Shown: positions 8,324 to 17,212 of the stretch, piece after piece
How the letters are laid out: each line of letters begins with the position of its first letter
Position numbering within the stretch: position 1 is the first letter of the stretch
IMG/VR virus record: IMGVR_UViG_3300020045_000734
Coordinates: 1 to 25,902 of that record
Source of the DNA: a virus
Taxonomy: Duplodnaviria; Caudoviricetes
Reading direction: 5' to 3' (one strand)
Length of the DNA: 25,902 nucleotides
Program-made: the position numbers and the translations under genes
Notes under the pieces: model-generated
Told to the model about the DNA's origin: nothing
What the model saw: only the letters and a program-made list of their open reading frames with translations
Databases searched by the model: none

Positions 8324-9301
8324 TTATGCTTGATTGGAGTTGCCGCCGCCGAATCCGCCGCTGACGCCATTACTTCCGAAGCCGCCTCCAGGCCCGGCAG
8401 TATTCCCGCCGAAGCCGCCGCCCGACCCTCCGCTTGACCATCCGCCTGTTGCGGTGGCGCTGGAATCCCCGGCATCTGAATCGGCTGCTGACGTGTCACC
8501 TTCCGGGCTGACGGCTGCAAAGCGCGCGTTTTCCACTCTTGTTCGGCTTCCATCTGGGTCGCCATCCATGTTTTTGCCGAGGTGGCGCGCATCTCTGGCG
8601 GTCATGCTTGAGTCAACGCCAAAGTCGGCCTTAATGCCTTCATTGAATGTGTTTGCCGTTTGAGCCGCATCGCTGATGTTCATTTTTGTCTCACCCCAAT
8701 CAACAGCGCGCGTCACCGTCTCACCCAAGCTCCAGCCACCCATCGCGCTAGATACCAAGCCGCCCAGCGCAAGTACCGGGTGCGCCATCGCAAGGGACAT
8801 CGTTGCCCATCCCGAGATAGCCCCGGGCACGCCATCATTGATCCCGCCCATAACAGCCCCCGCGACTGGCGCCGACGCACCAAACGCCTGAAGCGCCGGG
8901 CCTGCAATGGCTGCAGCCTTCTGCGAGTCGGTGGCACTGGCGCTATTGAGAGTGCCGTAAGAATTCACCAATCCGCCCAGCGTCCCAAGATTTGGATCGT
9001 TTGCCAGCGTGCCAGCCAGCCCAAGCGATGCCGCCACCTTGTTTTCAGCGGTGGCATTGGGGTTGCTGAGCACCGATGCCGTGCCGAGCGCCTTGGATGC
9101 TGAATTTATGTTGGCGTCATGCGCCACCGCGCCCACGATGCCGGTCACACTGGCGGCGTTGGCCAGGCTTGCGGATGGGTTGGATTCCGCGTTTCTGGAA
9201 ATTCCGGTCGAGTCGTTCGGGCTCTTGACCGACCAGCCACCAAACACATCCGGCGACATCGTGAGGTTGCTAGACCCTTGTGATGGAATAATTCCAGCCA
9301 T
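8324..9301 (-). CDS. Gly/Ala/Ser-rich putative ejection protein with hydrophobic segments
   Basis: 325 aa, hydrophobic stretch around AISGWATMSLAMAHPVLALGGLVSS, Gly-rich C-terminal tail, 2-nt gap to the upstream gene. Confidence 0.65.
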   Translation of the reverse strand: MAGIIPSQGSSNLTMSPDVFGGWSVKSPNDSTGISRNAESNPSASLANAASVTGIVGAVAHDANINSASKALGTASVLSNPNATAENKVAASLGLAGTLANDPNLGTLGGLVNSYGTLNSASATDSQKAAAIAGPALQAFGASAPVAGAVMGGINDGVPGAISGWATMSLAMAHPVLALGGLVSSAMGGWSLGETVTRAVDWGETKMNISDAAQTANTFNEGIKADFGVDSSMTARDARHLGKNMDGDPDGSRTRVENARFAAVSPEGDTSAADSDAGDSSATATGGWSSGGSGGGFGGNTAGPGGGFGSNGVSGGFGGGNSNQA

Positions 9302-9303
9302 GG

Positions 9304-10398
9304 TCAGGCGGGGAACAGCGAATCAATGTACTTGGACAGATCCACATCGCCAGCCAGTGAACCGATGATCTGTAGCGATACCTTGGCCTGCGTGTTAAAC
9401 CCGTCTTTCAGTGCCTGCTGCGCCTCGCCGCTCAGGGTACGGTCAATGCTGGCGATGTAGGCTAAAGTGTTGTTCATGATCGACGCGACTGCGCTGCTGG
9501 CAGTGGTCAGCCGGTTGGCCGCAATGGTCGCATCTGCGTTGGCGACGGTGTTGGTCTGATTCGTCGCTGTCTTGGTCGAGTCGTAGGCGTTGGCCTGGCT
9601 CAATAAGTTGATAGCGTTTTGCGCACTGGCATTGAACTGCCCAGCCTGATTGTTGGCGTTGGCGTTGAACTGGTTTGCCGTGTTGGTTGCGGCTGCATCC
9701 GGCGTAGCAATGCTCAAGGCGTTCTTGATGATCCCGTCCTGCACCATTGACTCGCCAATGGAAGAATTCAGCAGGCCGCGCTGGTTGGCCGATCCTCTTG
9801 CGCCAGCTGCAACGGATTGGTTGTAGGCGCTGTTTGGGTCTGTCAGTCTTGCCATCCGACTCTCAACCGTATCGGCGGTGGTTTTCGCTGCTGAGTAGGT
9901 GGATGGGGCTGAGACTGAGCTGATGATGCCGCTTGACTGAAGAACTGGAGTAGCTGTGCCAGTTGCTGTCGAGCCTCCAGTATTAACGTTGGCGTACTGC
10001 CCGCCAAGCCCTGCGACTGGCGCTGCTGCTGGCCCGGTTGCATTACCACTGGCATCGTAAGTGGTCCCGTGGTATGCATTCCATGCTGCGTAAGGGTTGG
10101 TTGCAGCAGCATATTGCGCATCTGATACGCCGTACTGAATCTGCGCGGCAGACTTGGCGGCTGCACTTGGATTGGTGGCTGCGAACGCCTTAATGCTTGC
10201 GTTCTGAGCGTCCGTCATTACCGATGGTGCAGCAACAGATGACGCGGAGTAATTGGTCGATGCCGTTGGCGTTATCGCGTTTGTGTAGTCGGCATCAGAA
10301 ACACCATAGGTCTTCTTTGCCTCTGCAAGCTCGGCGTCTGTCGGGTTTGTTGCTGCGAATGCGCGAATGCTTGCATTCTGGTCGTCGGTCATTGCCAT
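9304..10398 (-). CDS. Putative internal virion / DNA transfer protein with an N-terminal tandem repeat
   Basis: 364 aa, Ala/Asn/Thr-rich, NQRGLLNSSI and repeated NQFNA-type motifs, 42-aa duplication at the N-terminus. Confidence 0.7.
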   Translation of the reverse strand: MAMTDDQNASIRAFAATNPTDAELAEAKKTYGVSDADYTNAITPTASTNYSASSVAAPSVMTDAQNASIKAFAATNPSAAAKSAAQIQYGVSDAQYAAATNPYAAWNAYHGTTYDASGNATGPAAAPVAGLGGQYANVNTGGSTATGTATPVLQSSGIISSVSAPSTYSAAKTTADTVESRMARLTDPNSAYNQSVAAGARGSANQRGLLNSSIGESMVQDGIIKNALSIATPDAAATNTANQFNANANNQAGQFNASAQNAINLLSQANAYDSTKTATNQTNTVANADATIAANRLTTASSAVASIMNNTLAYIASIDRTLSGEAQQALKDGFNTQAKVSLQIIGSLAGDVDLSKYIDSLFPA

Positions 10399-10420
10399 GT
10401 GTTGCGCCTTGTGTTGGTGT

Positions 10421-10484
10421 ATTTTAAGTGCTCAGCGCAACTATTGAAAGAATATTGCGCACAATGCCGAGTTACGGCAATATT
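10421..10484 (-). promoter_or_regulatory. AT-rich intergenic region with candidate -10 and overlapping inverted repeats
   Basis: TAAAAT at 10426-10421. AATATTGC 10451-10458 / GCAATATT 10477-10484; GCGCAA/TTGCGC 10435-10460; TGCCG/CGGCA 10465-10479. No good -35. Confidence 0.35.
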
Positions 10485-10490
10485 ATTTGC

Positions 10491-10910
10491 CTACTTGGCA
10501 ACGCCTTTGACTTTTTCCCACGTCCGCCCTGCGGAGTAGCCAAGCATGACGGTGCCAAATAAGGTCAGGATGGGGTCTGGAATCGACGCCAACCATGCTT
10601 TGAATCCAATGGTGAAAGCCGTCGCTGCATCTGGCTTAAACACCGCCAGCAAGCCCATTGGAATACTCCACAGCAACAGCAAATAAACCACGTACAGAAA
10701 CGACGGACGGGCGCGGCTGGTCCACGGGTCGGCGCTTTGTGCTTCTGCCACGATGGCACTGAGCTGCACCTTAAGCTCATCAAGATCGCCCGCTTGCTGC
10801 ATACGGAGCAGCTCAAGCTGTGCCTGGGCTTTTTGGGTGGGGTCGGGAAACAGCTTGTCGATCAGCTTGCCACCGATGCCGAAAAGTCCACTGATAGTTA
10901 ATGGGTCCAT
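10491..10910 (-). CDS. Holin, 3TM (GTA-type) family
   Basis: Likely start MDPLTISG with AAGGAG RBS. LIDKLFPDP...KAQAQLELL...EAQS.DPWTSRARP motif plus hydrophobic helices. Directly follows the endolysin. Confidence 0.85.
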   Translation of the reverse strand: MDPLTISGLFGIGGKLIDKLFPDPTQKAQAQLELLRMQQAGDLDELKVQLSAIVAEAQSADPWTSRARPSFLYVVYLLLLWSIPMGLLAVFKPDAATAFTIGFKAWLASIPDPILTLFGTVMLGYSAGRTWEKVKGVAK

Positions 10911-10911
10911 G

Positions 10912-11412
10912 TCATGCTCCTTGCGTGTAATTCGGCGCACCGCCAGAAAATGAGGCCGTCATCACTTGCTGGCGCATGCGTTGATCAAAGCTGATGTGCA
11001 CCCATCCACCCTCTTGAATCAACTGGTCAAATTTGATGCCGCTAGCCTCGATGGCTTTGAAGATCTTCAGCGGTGAGCCAAATGCGGGGCAGACAAAATC
11101 CACCGACAGCATGCGTGGGTGAGCCTTACCACTGAAGTACACCGCCCACGACTTTTCACTCTGAAGGTAGCCGTGGCGCGAGCACCATGCGGCATAGTCC
11201 CTCGCGCACAGCACCCGCTCCAGCGCCTCACAGCGGTAGCCGGAATTGATTCGCATCGGGTGCCCGAGCAGGCTTCGGACCTGCTCCAGCGATCTGGCGG
11301 TTGTCGCTGCATTGGGCAGCAGCGCGTCGGGCAGGTTGTTGCCGATGCCCATGCGCGTGGCTGTGTCCGAGTCCGTGAACTCGGTCAGGTCAAAGTTCGG
11401 GCTTAGTTTCAT
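10912..11412 (-). CDS. Endolysin, peptidase M15A (Zn D-Ala-D-Ala carboxypeptidase fold)
   Basis: MKLSPNFDLTEF, INSGYRC, H-x6-D (HPRMLSVDF), FDQLIQE, WVHISF. GGAGG RBS. Confidence 0.9.
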   Translation of the reverse strand: MKLSPNFDLTEFTDSDTATRMGIGNNLPDALLPNAATTARSLEQVRSLLGHPMRINSGYRCEALERVLCARDYAAWCSRHGYLQSEKSWAVYFSGKAHPRMLSVDFVCPAFGSPLKIFKAIEASGIKFDQLIQEGGWVHISFDQRMRQQVMTASFSGGAPNYTQGA

Positions 11413-11464
11413 TTAGATGCCTCCATTCGTTTTCGAGCCAGTACAGCCATACCACCCAGCCCAT
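11390..11464 (-). CDS. Possible 24-aa Trp-rich micro-ORF in the lysis cassette
   Basis: ATG overlaps the upstream stop (TGATG). Product MGWVVWLYWLENEWRHLNETKPEL; it spans the gap and overlaps the endolysin start. Confidence 0.35.
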   Translation of the reverse strand: MGWVVWLYWLENEWRHLNETKPEL

Positions 11465-11760
11465 CATTTCGGAGGCGTGCCGTGAGGCCAGATGGAGTAC
11501 AAGACGCCGCCCGCCGTCGTCAGCCCGGCCAGCCACTTGATGCCCGCACCGATATGCCCAAGCACTTTGAAAAAGCTGCGCCCCATGCTGACGATCTCCA
11601 ACACCTCTTGCGTGGCGCTGGTGTTTTCAGTGAGAAGCTTTTCATGCTTGTCCATGCGCTCGGCGCCCTTGGAAAGCTGGGCCTCTATCGCCGTCACGCG
11701 CCCGCTCACGCCGCGATCTTCTTTGCGCCGGTCTGGAATTGGTTTGTTTTGGTCTGTCAT
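11464..11760 (-). CDS. Holin/antiholin-like small membrane protein
   Basis: 98 aa, N-terminal coiled coil plus C-terminal hydrophobic helix, immediately upstream of the endolysin. Confidence 0.65.
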   Translation of the reverse strand: MTDQNKPIPDRRKEDRGVSGRVTAIEAQLSKGAERMDKHEKLLTENTSATQEVLEIVSMGRSFFKVLGHIGAGIKWLAGLTTAGGVLYSIWPHGTPPK

Positions 11761-11763
11761 TTT

Positions 11764-12048
11764 TCAGGCGTAAAAAAACCGCTTGACGCGGTGGGCTGAT
11801 TGGTTGATTCGTAAAGGTGTATCTGCCCCCTGCCAGCTTGTTTTGCAGTGGTCAACGTCACCCAGCCAGCCGAACACCGCATCAATAAATGGCACAAACA
11901 CGCGTCCTTGCCACTTGCCCGACTGCAGGCAGGACCATGCCGCTGACGATGCGTACTCGCCACGTCGGCAGTTTCCCAGGGTGATGATCGCAAAGATGAG
12001 GGCGTCCAGCGCACAGGCCACGATCAACAGCCGAATCATGATTTGCAC
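11764..12048 (-). CDS. Small phage membrane protein
   Basis: 94 aa, hydrophobic N-terminus, SSAAW...FIDAVF...DHC pattern reminiscent of small proteins near phage tail/lysis genes. Confidence 0.6.
   Translation of the reverse strand: MQIMIRLLIVACALDALIFAIITLGNCRRGEYASSAAWSCLQSGKWQGRVFVPFIDAVFGWLGDVDHCKTSWQGADTPLRINQSAHRVKRFFYA
11772..11792 (-). terminator. Rho-independent terminator-like hairpin
   Basis: ACCGC-GTCAA-GCGGT running into a T7 tract on the minus strand. Confidence 0.65.
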
Positions 12049-12536
12049 CTCTTGATCGTGAATACCGGAGCCGCTTGAAACGAGCCATCAAGCACGCGGT
12101 ACACCTGATAACCGACGACGAGCTTGAGCGGGCCGAGCGGCAGCGCATAGCGCCAAATGTCGCCACGTCGCCAGAAGCCGTTTGGCAACTCGGGGATGTA
12201 GCCGCTCGTCGGCTTTCCCGCCCACACTGCCAAGCCCATCAGGCAGTTCCTGACGCCAAGCCAGTACCAGCTTGTCACCCACTGCCCGCGTCGCATGTAC
12301 ATCGACTTCACAGCCTCTTCGCAGGTGTCGCCAGGTAGCCTGATGTCCGGCGTTGAAAACCATGAAAGCCAGCGCGGAAGGTCGCCTTGCACAACATCAA
12401 TGCCGTCCTCATTGCGCGGCCGACTTTTCGATGTGTCCCACTTGATAAACGGCAAAGCGAACAACACAAGCACCGGGCACAATAGATTGAGCAGCGTGAT
12501 AACCAGACCCGCTATTGGGGCGTAGACGTAGTTCAC
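12036..12536 (-). CDS. Hypothetical membrane-anchored phage protein
   Basis: 166 aa, N-terminal TM segment, LPRWLSWFSTPD and WLGVRN motifs. GTGA overlap with the upstream stop. Confidence 0.7.
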   Translation of the reverse strand: MNYVYAPIAGLVITLLNLLCPVLVLFALPFIKWDTSKSRPRNEDGIDVVQGDLPRWLSWFSTPDIRLPGDTCEEAVKSMYMRRGQWVTSWYWLGVRNCLMGLAVWAGKPTSGYIPELPNGFWRRGDIWRYALPLGPLKLVVGYQVYRVLDGSFQAAPVFTIKRCKS

Positions 12537-12889
12537 GCGAGAATCTCCGCAGCGCGGCCTTCAGCAAGCACTCCGACAGACTCAAGATAAGCCAGCCCGT
12601 TCACCGTGTCCGGGTCGTCGTCACGTACATTGGAACCGCTTGCAATCGCTGCATTGAGAGTTGCGTAAATGTCTTCGACTATAGGATCGGTCTTTGCCAG
12701 CGTGCGGATTGCAACGCGCTCAGCCGTTGTAAATTTTCGGTAAAAGTCGAAAGCAGGCCAGCTTTTGAATGCCGGAGCGGATGGATCTGTAGCCTCCACA
12801 ATTGCCGCGAAGTCGCCCGCGTAATGCACTTCGACGAAAGCCAGATCAGCAACTATCACAGCGCCTGTTGAGTTGATTTTGTACTGCAT
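12533..12889 (-). CDS. Tail-fibre-associated small protein (possible assembly chaperone)
   Basis: Likely start MQYKINS with GGAG RBS. FYRKFTTAERVAI...DDPDTVNGLAYL...RAAEIL pattern; follows the fibre gene. Confidence 0.65.
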   Translation of the reverse strand: MQYKINSTGAVIVADLAFVEVHYAGDFAAIVEATDPSAPAFKSWPAFDFYRKFTTAERVAIRTLAKTDPIVEDIYATLNAAIASGSNVRDDDPDTVNGLAYLESVGVLAEGRAAEILA

Positions 12890-12890
12890 A

Positions 12891-13862
12891 TTAATACTCC
12901 ACAATTACTAAACCGTTCCCGCCAGCGCCTGCATAAGCACCAGATCCCGTAGCACCGCCGCCGCCGCCGAATGGTCCTCCTGCGCCCCCTTCGCCAGTTA
13001 ATCCAGCCCCTCCACCAGCATAAACACCACCACTCTGTGATGCACTGGCTCCGGTGGTGTGCCCTGCTCCCCCACCGCCGTTGCCGCCAATTGATGTACC
13101 AGATACGCCCCCGCCTGTGCCAACACAGCCAAACAAGTTATGGACAACGCCGACTGCATTAGTTCCGACCCCTGTGCTAACACCGCCAAGTATGTCTGGT
13201 CCACTCACTATAGAGTTATCTAGAGCTGGCCCACCAGAGCCACCACCGCCTGTTGCTGTGACACTTGATGCATTTCCAGACTTACCCCCTACGCCTGCGC
13301 CGCCTGTCGCGCAAGCTGCTGTCCAAGTGGCATCCCCACTACTAAATCCAATTCCGTTAACGCCGACAGCCCCACCACCTGTTACAGCATTAATTGATGC
13401 TCCCGGGGTTGCCAGCCCTGACCCACCGCCCTGCACGTTAATATCGCCGCCAGTTGCCGTTCCACCAATCGCCCCGGCAGCAGTACCAGTTGCCGCGTAA
13501 TTACCCCCACTGCCGCCGTTAGCCGTTAGCGTGTTTCCGGCAACGTCAACCCAGCTTGTAGCTGAGCCAGACGCCCCGCCTGAGTTTGCTGTGGCCTGCG
13601 CTGCGGCGCCCGCACCGATAGTGACAGTCGCAGTTTGCCCGGCAGTGAGATAAAGTTTTTTCTGGAAAAGCCCACCTGCACCGCCGCCTGTGCAAGCTGA
13701 TCTAGCTGTCCCGCCCTTAGCCCCACCTCCGCCACCACCGATGCCTGTAACCCGGTGCCAGCCTGTTTTCACAGCCGTAAAAGTGGTGCTTGAAAAGATG
13801 CGCCGTGAGTTTGCGTAGTCGACAGAGCCCGCGCCGATCAACGCTGATTGTGTTCCGCTCAT
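12891..13862 (-). CDS. Glycine-rich tail fibre / receptor-binding protein
   Basis: ATGA overlap at 13862. GGGGGG/GGGAGG repeats, C-terminal GAGGNGLVIVEY, more A/T-ending codons than the core genes. Confidence 0.75.
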   Translation of the reverse strand: MSGTQSALIGAGSVDYANSRRIFSSTTFTAVKTGWHRVTGIGGGGGGAKGGTARSACTGGGAGGLFQKKLYLTAGQTATVTIGAGAAAQATANSGGASGSATSWVDVAGNTLTANGGSGGNYAATGTAAGAIGGTATGGDINVQGGGSGLATPGASINAVTGGGAVGVNGIGFSSGDATWTAACATGGAGVGGKSGNASSVTATGGGGSGGPALDNSIVSGPDILGGVSTGVGTNAVGVVHNLFGCVGTGGGVSGTSIGGNGGGGAGHTTGASASQSGGVYAGGGAGLTGEGGAGGPFGGGGGATGSGAYAGAGGNGLVIVEY

Positions 13863-14473
13863 GCCATCACCCACTTTCCGAGAGTTGTTGAGTATTCAAA
13901 TTCCATGGGTGCTCCTAAAGTCATGGTGATAAGTCCTGATGCTGTTGCGCCTGAGTAGCCAAGAACTGTCGATGCGCCAAAGTCGATGATGTTGTTGATC
14001 AATCCGTTGACTGGCGTCACGCGAAACTTTGCGCCGTCAGTGGCAGTTGGCGCTGTGACGGTTGTCGCGGCGACGTTGGCCAGCCAGTAGTCATTGCCAG
14101 CGGTGGCGGCTTGGGTTATTGGACCGACAAGAACACGGGTTAAGCCGGATGAAGCCCATCCCGCAGAGTTCCCGTCAGTAGACAAAACCTTGCCCGCATT
14201 GCCCGCCTGACCAGGCAGCGCCGAAGAAAACGCTTGAGCAGCAACAAACTCTGTAGTGGCTAACTGCGCGCTGGATGTGCCTGGTGAAGCAGTGGGGGCG
14301 GTTGGTGTGCCGGTAAAGGCTGGCGATGCAATCGGCGCGCGCAACAGCATCGCCACTTCTGTCAGATTGAATCCCGTCTGGATCAGGTCGAACTCACTGC
14401 GAAGCAATGAGCTAACCCCTCGCGTCAGCAGGACCGGAACCCCGCTGGAATGGTTGTAATAAGAATTTGGCAA
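13859..14473 (-). CDS. Tail fibre (proximal) protein
   Basis: APIASPAFTGTPTAPTA...LATTEFV fibre motif and LPGQAGNAGKVLSTDG. TTG start right after the nozzle gene. Confidence 0.75.
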   Translation of the reverse strand: MPNSYYNHSSGVPVLLTRGVSSLLRSEFDLIQTGFNLTEVAMLLRAPIASPAFTGTPTAPTASPGTSSAQLATTEFVAAQAFSSALPGQAGNAGKVLSTDGNSAGWASSGLTRVLVGPITQAATAGNDYWLANVAATTVTAPTATDGAKFRVTPVNGLINNIIDFGASTVLGYSGATASGLITMTLGAPMEFEYSTTLGKWVMA

Positions 14474-14476
14474 TGC

Positions 14477-16519
14477 TTACCTTTCAAGTTTTTGCGGGCT
14501 GGTCAGCAATGTGATGCCCTGCAGGGTGTGTGAACCGTCTTGCGCTCGGTCGCTGTAAAACAGCATGGAGATGTTCTTTTCACTTCCGTCGAGTGAAATT
14601 CGTGGGTTCCCGACTGATTGAGAGTCCCATGTGAAGTTGTCCCATGTGAACTGGTCCCAGAAGCCGCCCGCCGCAATCAATGGCTGATTCATCACGGCGA
14701 TGCCTTGTGCCACATCGGCATTGCCATAGCCCAGGTCATAGGTCACAGCGATCTGTGAATAACTTGACGCCACAAGCTCCAGTACAGCCGCCCGAAAGCG
14801 CTTGCGCACGCGGGGCGCCTTCTGGTTGTTGAATGGCAGGCGTACCCAGCTCGCAATGCTGGCGCCGTCTTGACTGGTGCCCCGGTTGTCCTGGTACACC
14901 ATGCCGGTGTCCGAGCCGAACCATGTCACCTCCGAGCCACTGGAATCTTCGGCGGTGCAGATGCAGCGCACGGGGATGCCATAGTCCAGCGGCATGATGC
15001 TGGTGATCTTGTCGCCCGTCAGGCCCACGGCCAAGGCTGAACCATCCGAGAAATACACCCGGTACTGATTCTTCTCCTTGAGCGTCGTGGCTACAGTCTG
15101 CAATCCGCGCTTGCGGGTAATCAGTGGCTGAATCAGGTGCGAGACTGAGGCGTAATTGAAGTCGCCGTAATTGAGCGTGGTCAAAAACCTCTGAATGCCG
15201 CGCTTGGTCAGCATCAACGCATCATTGCCGATGTTCTGCGCCGTGAATGGCATGGCGCCAATGTCGTTGACCGAAGGCGTCAGTTTGAAGTCTGCCGTGC
15301 TGGAGCCATACAGAATATAGGTCTGCCCCTCGGTGAACACCGCCATCGAGGCGCCCAGCGTCGAGCCGGTCTGCGTCAGAAATCCGGTGATGGTTTCGCC
15401 CACTGCGATTTCAGCCGCGCCAAGTACCACCGTCCAGGCGTAGGGATTGCCAATGCCGCTCAGTTGCACACTACCAAGAAACGACAGCACCAAATAGAAC
15501 TTGTGCACCAGAATGTGCGATGGCGCATCTACCACCATGCCGGTGCGGATCGGGATGTAACTCGTGCCATCGAACTCAAATGCAGTGTTGACGCCATCGG
15601 CTCCGTACATTTTCTTGGTGGCGGTTGAGCCGGTGAAGTTGGCATTGACGAATTCCAGCGAGCCGCCAGGCGCCCGGGTGATGGCTGTGGCCAGTGATGC
15701 GCTGGTAGCCTTGGTGACAGTAGCCACCTTGACCGCTTCGCCACTCTGCCAAGTGCCAGTGACGGTTGAAATGATCAGCGTTCCAGTTCCCGATACTGTC
15801 CATGATCCAGTGCGCAGCATGGCTTTGACGACAACCGCCGTCGCCGCACTGGTGCCGCCGACAATGGTTTGGCCTGCAGTTATCTCGCCCACGGCGCCCG
15901 TGAACTGAATCTCAGTGCCAAAATTGATCTTGGCCCATCCGCCCGAGGTGGCTACGTACATATCGCCCGCCGTCGCCCCAGCGTTGTCGCGGAAGGCGTA
16001 GGTGTTGTTGTTGTAGCGCCACACACCACGAATGCGGCCCGAGCCCGGCACCTCGGCAATCAGTGTGCGCTGCAGGTTGGCCGCGAGCAGGGTGTAATCG
16101 GCGTGGTTTGATGGGGATGAGTCGCCATTTTCCGCAATGGTCAGCAGGGTTCCCACGGGCGATCCGTTGCCGATGGCCTCGCCTTCGGTGTAAGTGCCGG
16201 TGATGCCGCCCACGATAAGCACGCCAGCGCTTTGCGCCAAGACGGTACTGGTGGCGCCGCTGGTCAGTCCGGTGATGGTTTGGCCGGTCGTCACTGCATC
16301 AGTCAGCGTCACCGCCATCGACCAATAGGTTTTGGAGCTGGGTGAGGTGCGACCATCGTAGCGCTCGTAGCCGTCAATGCGCCGGTAGCCGCCGCCAATC
16401 TCGGGCTCGTAGTTCTGCGCGTCAATCACCTTGCCGGGCTGGATTGAGATTGCAGGCGTCAGCAGGTCAAGACCGCCGACCATCGGCGCATAGTCTGGGA
16501 GAATCTTGGGCAACCTCAT
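14477..16519 (-). CDS. Putative tail nozzle / packaged-DNA stabilisation protein
   Basis: 680 aa, beta-rich, downstream of and overlapping the adaptor gene (ATGA); position typical of podovirus nozzle genes. Confidence 0.65.
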   Translation of the reverse strand: MRLPKILPDYAPMVGGLDLLTPAISIQPGKVIDAQNYEPEIGGGYRRIDGYERYDGRTSPSSKTYWSMAVTLTDAVTTGQTITGLTSGATSTVLAQSAGVLIVGGITGTYTEGEAIGNGSPVGTLLTIAENGDSSPSNHADYTLLAANLQRTLIAEVPGSGRIRGVWRYNNNTYAFRDNAGATAGDMYVATSGGWAKINFGTEIQFTGAVGEITAGQTIVGGTSAATAVVVKAMLRTGSWTVSGTGTLIISTVTGTWQSGEAVKVATVTKATSASLATAITRAPGGSLEFVNANFTGSTATKKMYGADGVNTAFEFDGTSYIPIRTGMVVDAPSHILVHKFYLVLSFLGSVQLSGIGNPYAWTVVLGAAEIAVGETITGFLTQTGSTLGASMAVFTEGQTYILYGSSTADFKLTPSVNDIGAMPFTAQNIGNDALMLTKRGIQRFLTTLNYGDFNYASVSHLIQPLITRKRGLQTVATTLKEKNQYRVYFSDGSALAVGLTGDKITSIMPLDYGIPVRCICTAEDSSGSEVTWFGSDTGMVYQDNRGTSQDGASIASWVRLPFNNQKAPRVRKRFRAAVLELVASSYSQIAVTYDLGYGNADVAQGIAVMNQPLIAAGGFWDQFTWDNFTWDSQSVGNPRISLDGSEKNISMLFYSDRAQDGSHTLQGITLLTSPQKLER

Positions 16520-17208
16520 GCCAGCGCACCCGATTGCATCATGGTGGGCAACTGGTGCATGGAGATGCGGCGCAGCATCTTCTTGAATTCGGTCTGACCT
16601 TCGTCATAGACTTCGGGCGCCGCTTCACTCACGCCAAAAAACATCATGGCCTTGTAAACGATGGCCATGTGGTATTGATCTGGCAGGCTTGGGATGTCGG
16701 TATCAGCCGTCATTTCGCTGGCCACCTTGAAGTAATCGCCGCTGATGGTGTAACCGGCCGCCGGCGCCGGACCCAGGGCAATGCCGTGCAATGGCGTGAT
16801 CGCAAACTCAATCGGGCGCGACTGGGTGTTGCGGTTGGCGCCCAACTGGTACAGGTTGCGCCAGTCGTCGTACTCGCGCGGGTCCATCAGCACCTCGGAA
16901 TTGGTGCCGGTGCTGGTCACGTAGTTACGGAAGGTCTGGTTATCCCAGTTGCCGAAGTTGGCCAGCCCGGCGCCGGTGGCCGCGATCTGGGCCAGGGTGT
17001 ACGTGTCCTGCCCCGCTACGGTCGGAAAGCTCATGGAGGCCCGCATCCAGCGCCAGTCGGGCCGCTCCAGTTGCAACTCCATCCACGCCTCGTTGACCAT
17101 ATCTACCAGGCGAGCGTATTCCTCGTTCTGGTTGATGATGGATGACGGACCTGTGCCGGACACCCGGCACTTGCGGCGCAGGCGCTGCACTAACTGGAGC
17201 ATGTTCAT
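16516..17208 (-). CDS. Putative head-tail adaptor (tail tubular protein A-like)
   Basis: 230 aa, MNMLQLVQRLR...VNEAW...W.W N-terminus and LPDQYHMAIVYKA C-terminus typical of podovirus adaptors. Confidence 0.7.
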   Translation of the reverse strand: MNMLQLVQRLRRKCRVSGTGPSSIINQNEEYARLVDMVNEAWMELQLERPDWRWMRASMSFPTVAGQDTYTLAQIAATGAGLANFGNWDNQTFRNYVTSTGTNSEVLMDPREYDDWRNLYQLGANRNTQSRPIEFAITPLHGIALGPAPAAGYTISGDYFKVASEMTADTDIPSLPDQYHMAIVYKAMMFFGVSEAAPEVYDEGQTEFKKMLRRISMHQLPTMMQSGALA

Positions 17209-17212
17209 GGGC

